Below, one piece after another: positions 60,839 to 64,000 of a stretch of DNA of 64,000 nucleotides; position 1 is the stretch's first letter; each line of letters begins with the position of its first letter. A model generated the notes under the pieces. That model saw only the letters and a program-made list of their open reading frames with translations. It was not told where the DNA came from and did no database searches. The translations under genes and the position numbers were made by a program. The DNA is from Patescibacteria group bacterium (GTDB taxonomy: Bacteria > Patescibacteriota > Patescibacteriia > Patescibacteriales > WJLG01), in NCBI GenBank assembly GCA_041652555.1, contig JBAZHE010000004.1, positions 657 through 64,656 of the forward strand. Direction: 5' to 3'.

Positions 60839-62002
60839 TTACCTGATCGACGACACCTTACTAACGAACGTTTTTCCGGTTACTCCCCGATATTGGGCGA
60901 GGTAAGTGCCGGAAGCACTTAAGAAATTGGTTTTATTCACGATTCTTCGCCCCATAAGGTCGAACGAACCGACAACTGAAAAACTTTCGCGAACAATACG
61001 ACTAGCTGGAACAAAACGGACGGGACTGGCACTAGTACCGAAATCAAAGACTTTACCTTTAAAAACAAGCAAAAAATCATCCTTGAAATTCAAACCTATT
61101 GGTGTCAGATTGTCCTTTGACGAGCCAACGTCAGCGAAAGAAAAATTATTAGCAACCAAGTCGGTTTTTGACAAATCGACGGTGCAAAAATTTTTTCTTC
61201 CCTGATACAACATGACATTATTTCTATTAATACTCATAGAAAATGCCACATCCCCGCCCTTTATTGGTAAGACTGTCCATTTCCCAGTGGAACGAGTCCA
61301 CTTAAAAATAGAGTCATCCCCAATATAAACATTTCCTTCGGCGTCAACTGCGGAACCGTTTGCGACTCCGGAGTGCCAATAAGAGATGTCATTAGTAACC
61401 CATTCCTTAGTGATGTCACTCCAAAAATAAACGAAAGACGACACCACAACAACTTCGTTTGACCAAAAGAAAATATTCGGCCAACCGACACCTCTCATGT
61501 AAGCAATATTGGGAAAATCCTGCCAACCATCAATCTCTCCGGAAGCAAAAAGATTAACAAAGCAGACTCCTGCGTCGCTTACGCAAACAATTCTGTTTTT
61601 CACTGAATCAAACTTTACAGAGCGTACAATCCCATTCAACGCCTTAGCCTGAAGTGAATCATACACCACATACGTGGTGTCAGATACTTTTAATCGAAGA
61701 AGTTTCTTTTCTCCTCCGACCCAAAAATATCCTTTATCATCAAAACAGCATGTCCAAGTAGATCCAAGACTGAATTTTTTAACAGTTCTTCCAAAAGGAT
61801 TAACGACTTCGCGATCATACGACTCCACTCCTTCGCAGTTAACTCCCCAAATTTCAGACATCTTTTGAGGATTCTCTGCCACACAAATATAGCTAAGAGG
61901 TTCGTACACCCTGCAAACCATGCCGAGTATCGTATCGGCGGACGATGACACTGATGGGAAAATTATCCCAAGCGCAAGAATGAAAACAAAACACTTTTTC
62001 AT
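60839..62002 (-). CDS. Secreted protein with a C-terminal beta-sandwich sorting-like tail (Por/T9SS-CTD or FlgD-Ig-like pattern)
   Basis: Signal peptide MKKCFVFILALGIIFPSVSSSA. C-terminus FDLMGRRIVNKTNFLSASGTYLAQYRGVTGKTFVSKVSSIR. Locally GC-richer by eye. Confidence 0.45.
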   Translation of the reverse strand: MKKCFVFILALGIIFPSVSSSADTILGMVCRVYEPLSYICVAENPQKMSEIWGVNCEGVESYDREVVNPFGRTVKKFSLGSTWTCCFDDKGYFWVGGEKKLLRLKVSDTTYVVYDSLQAKALNGIVRSVKFDSVKNRIVCVSDAGVCFVNLFASGEIDGWQDFPNIAYMRGVGWPNIFFWSNEVVVVSSFVYFWSDITKEWVTNDISYWHSGVANGSAVDAEGNVYIGDDSIFKWTRSTGKWTVLPIKGGDVAFSMSINRNNVMLYQGRKNFCTVDLSKTDLVANNFSFADVGSSKDNLTPIGLNFKDDFLLVFKGKVFDFGTSASPVRFVPASRIVRESFSVVGSFDLMGRRIVNKTNFLSASGTYLAQYRGVTGKTFVSKVSSIR

Positions 62003-62218
62003 TATAGACTCCTTTTTTTAAAATAAGCGGTACAAAAACCAATTCCTTAAAATTTTTAAAGTACAGCCCCCCAAAAGGGGCAAGAAATACTATCTAAGAT
62101 AATAGCATACAATTACTAGAAAATCAAGACTCTGTCAAATATTTATAGATAAATAAACTAATATTAGCGAAAAATGTGAATAATTATTTATCCCCCACAC
62201 TCCAGACTAAATAATATT

Positions 62219-64000
62219 TTATTTTTCATAAACTGTAATCACGCCTGGAAATTCATAAAAACCATCACTACAAATTGGAAAAGCTGGGCCACACTCATCG
62301 TAGTAATTGTAAGAAGAATTGTAATTACTATGACAAGTATCACTAGTATTTACTGCTCTACTACTATTCATACAAACCCCGGAAGACGGGCAAGTATTGC
62401 CGGCACCACTATGGCCTTCAGTACACCACCCCCAATTATCGCGAATTTTAATACGAGGCTTCACTATGCAATAATCTGTATCCTCTGGACAATTTAATGT
62501 TGGCATTTCAGAATTAAGAGCAACATTTCCATCTTTAGTTTTCAAGTCCCAATACTCATAAGAATGAAAAGCAGAATGAGGATTCTTTTCATCCGGCCTG
62601 TCACCATCTTGCAGACCGGAGACAACTAACTTTTCTCCATCACCCCAATCAATCTCATAAGCAGTTAGTGGCAACTGTTCGCTGTCAATGCGGGAATTAA
62701 AAGTAAGATTCAAAAAACCGCGACGATAAATGATAGGATTAAGCATATTATTGCCTTTGATACTAAAAACATCCGGTGCCACCGCACAGCCTTGGCCATT
62801 GGCGCGAACATTACCTGGGCACCAAGCTGCTGGCGAATTCCAATTTAAGCTATCATCGGCCAGATAAGTTTTTAAATTTTCATCCCATTTCCAAGTACCA
62901 TAACTTTGAAAAAATAGATACGACAAACTATTGACGTCATAGAGTTGACCCATGTGGCCACCGCCAGTCGGATAAGGTGCTGTGGCTGTGGTGCCGTTAG
63001 TGGTTGAGGCATAGGGCAAAGGCATAGGACTGGTCGTCAATTCGCCCATGGCCGAGCTCCACTGAATCGGATCAGCCTTAAAACTGTCGGTGACCCCGTT
63101 TTCCTGTTCAGGAATAGTAATTGACCCAAAAGGCAAAGTATAATATTTATCAGCCAAGAAAGTATCACTACTGGCGCAAGCAAATGGATCGGAATTTAGC
63201 TCATCAGCTTTTTTCACATAAGTGCCATAGGCAGAGCTAATTGGCATTTGCTGATTACACTTAGCGGTAAAGCCGGTAGTAGCTTTGACACGGCTGGCCC
63301 AAGCCTTATTCTCACCACTCGGAGTAACAACTTGCGCTATTTTAGTACAGGACAAATCAGGAATATAAAAAGTATAGGACATGGTTATCCTATTATCACC
63401 TCCGTCACAAAGACGCCCGTTTTCACATTTATCTCCCGCTCCAGATGTTTCTCTATTAATAATATAAAGTCTGCCATCATCAGGACAATCCGATGTCGTA
63501 TTGGCATAATCAACTCCGATTTTGTTGTCATTAGCTGAATTGCCACACTCAAAGACGACACCAAAAACACTGCCGTCGGGATAAACTTCAGAAACATGAT
63601 ATCCTAAATTATTGAGAACACTAGTACTTTCTCCTTGAACATCTCTATACAAATCAACAAAATCAATCATTCCAACGGTTGGCTCACCTTCCTTGCCAAG
63701 AAAATGATAAGATCCATCTAGTCGCATAAACGTCTGGCCAGTAGATTCAGTTGCTTCAAAGATAACCTTTATAGTGTTTGTTCCATACTCCAAGGGTATA
63801 TAATCTCCAACGATCCCATTCAAAGATCCGCCAGACCTATGATTTCCAACGTCTAAAACTTTATTTTCATTAACATACACTTCTAAACTTTCTTCTTCAA
63901 GATATTCAAATTCTGTTCTTAGTATATAAGGATAATTTATTCTTTCCCCATTTCCGGACGTAAAAAAATCTGTATTTGCTCCCATACAATAATATAGCGG
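62219..64000 (-). CDS. Large secreted Cys-containing hypothetical protein; 5' end may extend beyond the window
   Basis: ORF track from 63985. The frame stays open upstream to position 64000 (PLYYC-MGAN...). Confidence 0.5.
   Translation of the reverse strand, partial: PLYYCMGANTDFFTSGNGERINYPYILRTEFEYLEEESLEVYVNENKVLDVGNHRSGGSLNGIVGDYIPLEYGTNTIKVIFEATESTGQTFMRLDGSYHFLGKEGEPTVGMIDFVDLYRDVQGESTSVLNNLGYHVSEVYPDGSVFGVVFECGNSANDNKIGVDYANTTSDCPDDGRLYIINRETSGAGDKCENGRLCDGGDNRITMSYTFYIPDLSCTKIAQVVTPSGENKAWASRVKATTGFTAKCNQQMPISSAYGTYVKKADELNSDPFACASSDTFLADKYYTLPFGSITIPEQENGVTDSFKADPIQWSSAMGELTTSPMPLPYASTTNGTTATAPYPTGGGHMGQLYDVNSLSYLFFQSYGTWKWDENLKTYLADDSLNWNSPAAWCPGNVRANGQGCAVAPDVFSIKGNNMLNPIIYRRGFLNLTFNSRIDSEQLPLTAYEIDWGDGEKLVVSGLQDGDRPDEKNPHSAFHSYEYWDLKTKDGNVALNSEMPTLNCPEDTDYCIVKPRIKIRDNWGWCTEGHSGAGNTCPSSGVCMNSSRAVNTSDTCHSNYNSSYNYYDECGPAFPICSDGFYEFPGVITVYEK

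Noticed and set aside
62061-62085. Hairpin CCCC-caaaa-GGGG in the intergenic region as another copy of the palindromic element
   Set aside because: The sequence and flanks differ from the 3048/33737 element. It is only a 4-bp GC stem.

Overview
AT-rich, tightly packed bacterial window. After about 16.4 kb almost every gene is on the minus strand. The gene content suggests a Patescibacteria/CPR (Parcubacteria-like) genome, but that taxonomic call is inference only. It rests on class-III-signal pseudopilins, a T4SS-pilin-like hairpin fused to a 1462-aa Cys-rich ectodomain, several tail-fibre-like GNVGIGT-repeat surface proteins, LytR_C and cohesin/dockerin-like modules, and almost no metabolic genes. 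Core genes recognised: DEAD-box RNA helicase, recQ, an MscS-type channel, ligA, gatC (frameshifted), gatA, ybeY and tRNA-Ser(GGA). The main accessory feature is a ~12.4-kb integrated element (16458-28854) bounded by a 21-bp direct repeat of the tRNA-Ser 3' end. Its tRNA-proximal part carries xis and int (int frameshifted just before the catalytic Tyr), a phage-O-like replication gene, an ORF-free hairpin-dense kilobase, lexA, and a C5-methyltransferase / restriction endonuclease / decayed vsr module. Its distal part is set off by a degenerate internal att-like copy. It carries an unannotated 41-aa Cys-rich peptide gene with a strong SD, a terminator-like hairpin, a radical SAM/SPASM enzyme with a C-terminal PqqD-like domain, two HExxH proteins and small membrane proteins. 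I read this as a candidate new RiPP system and it is my top finding. Other notable points: (1) a palindromic ~50-nt element present both intergenically and in frame inside ligA; (2) an 830-aa Nudix-methyltransferase-CYTH-HAD fusion wedged between gatC and gatA; (3) a dockerin-like protein next to two cohesin-like anchored proteins; (4) a rearranged 42.6-46.0 kb zone with a duplicated leaderless promoter, a HEPN/MNT pair and a 5'-truncated lysS; (5) a ~14.6-kb minus-strand operon encoding a giant pilin-fused surface protein; (6) two long poly-C/G tracts next to or inside surface-protein genes. No rRNA or CRISPR array was seen. All similarity statements come from reading motifs by eye; no database search was possible.
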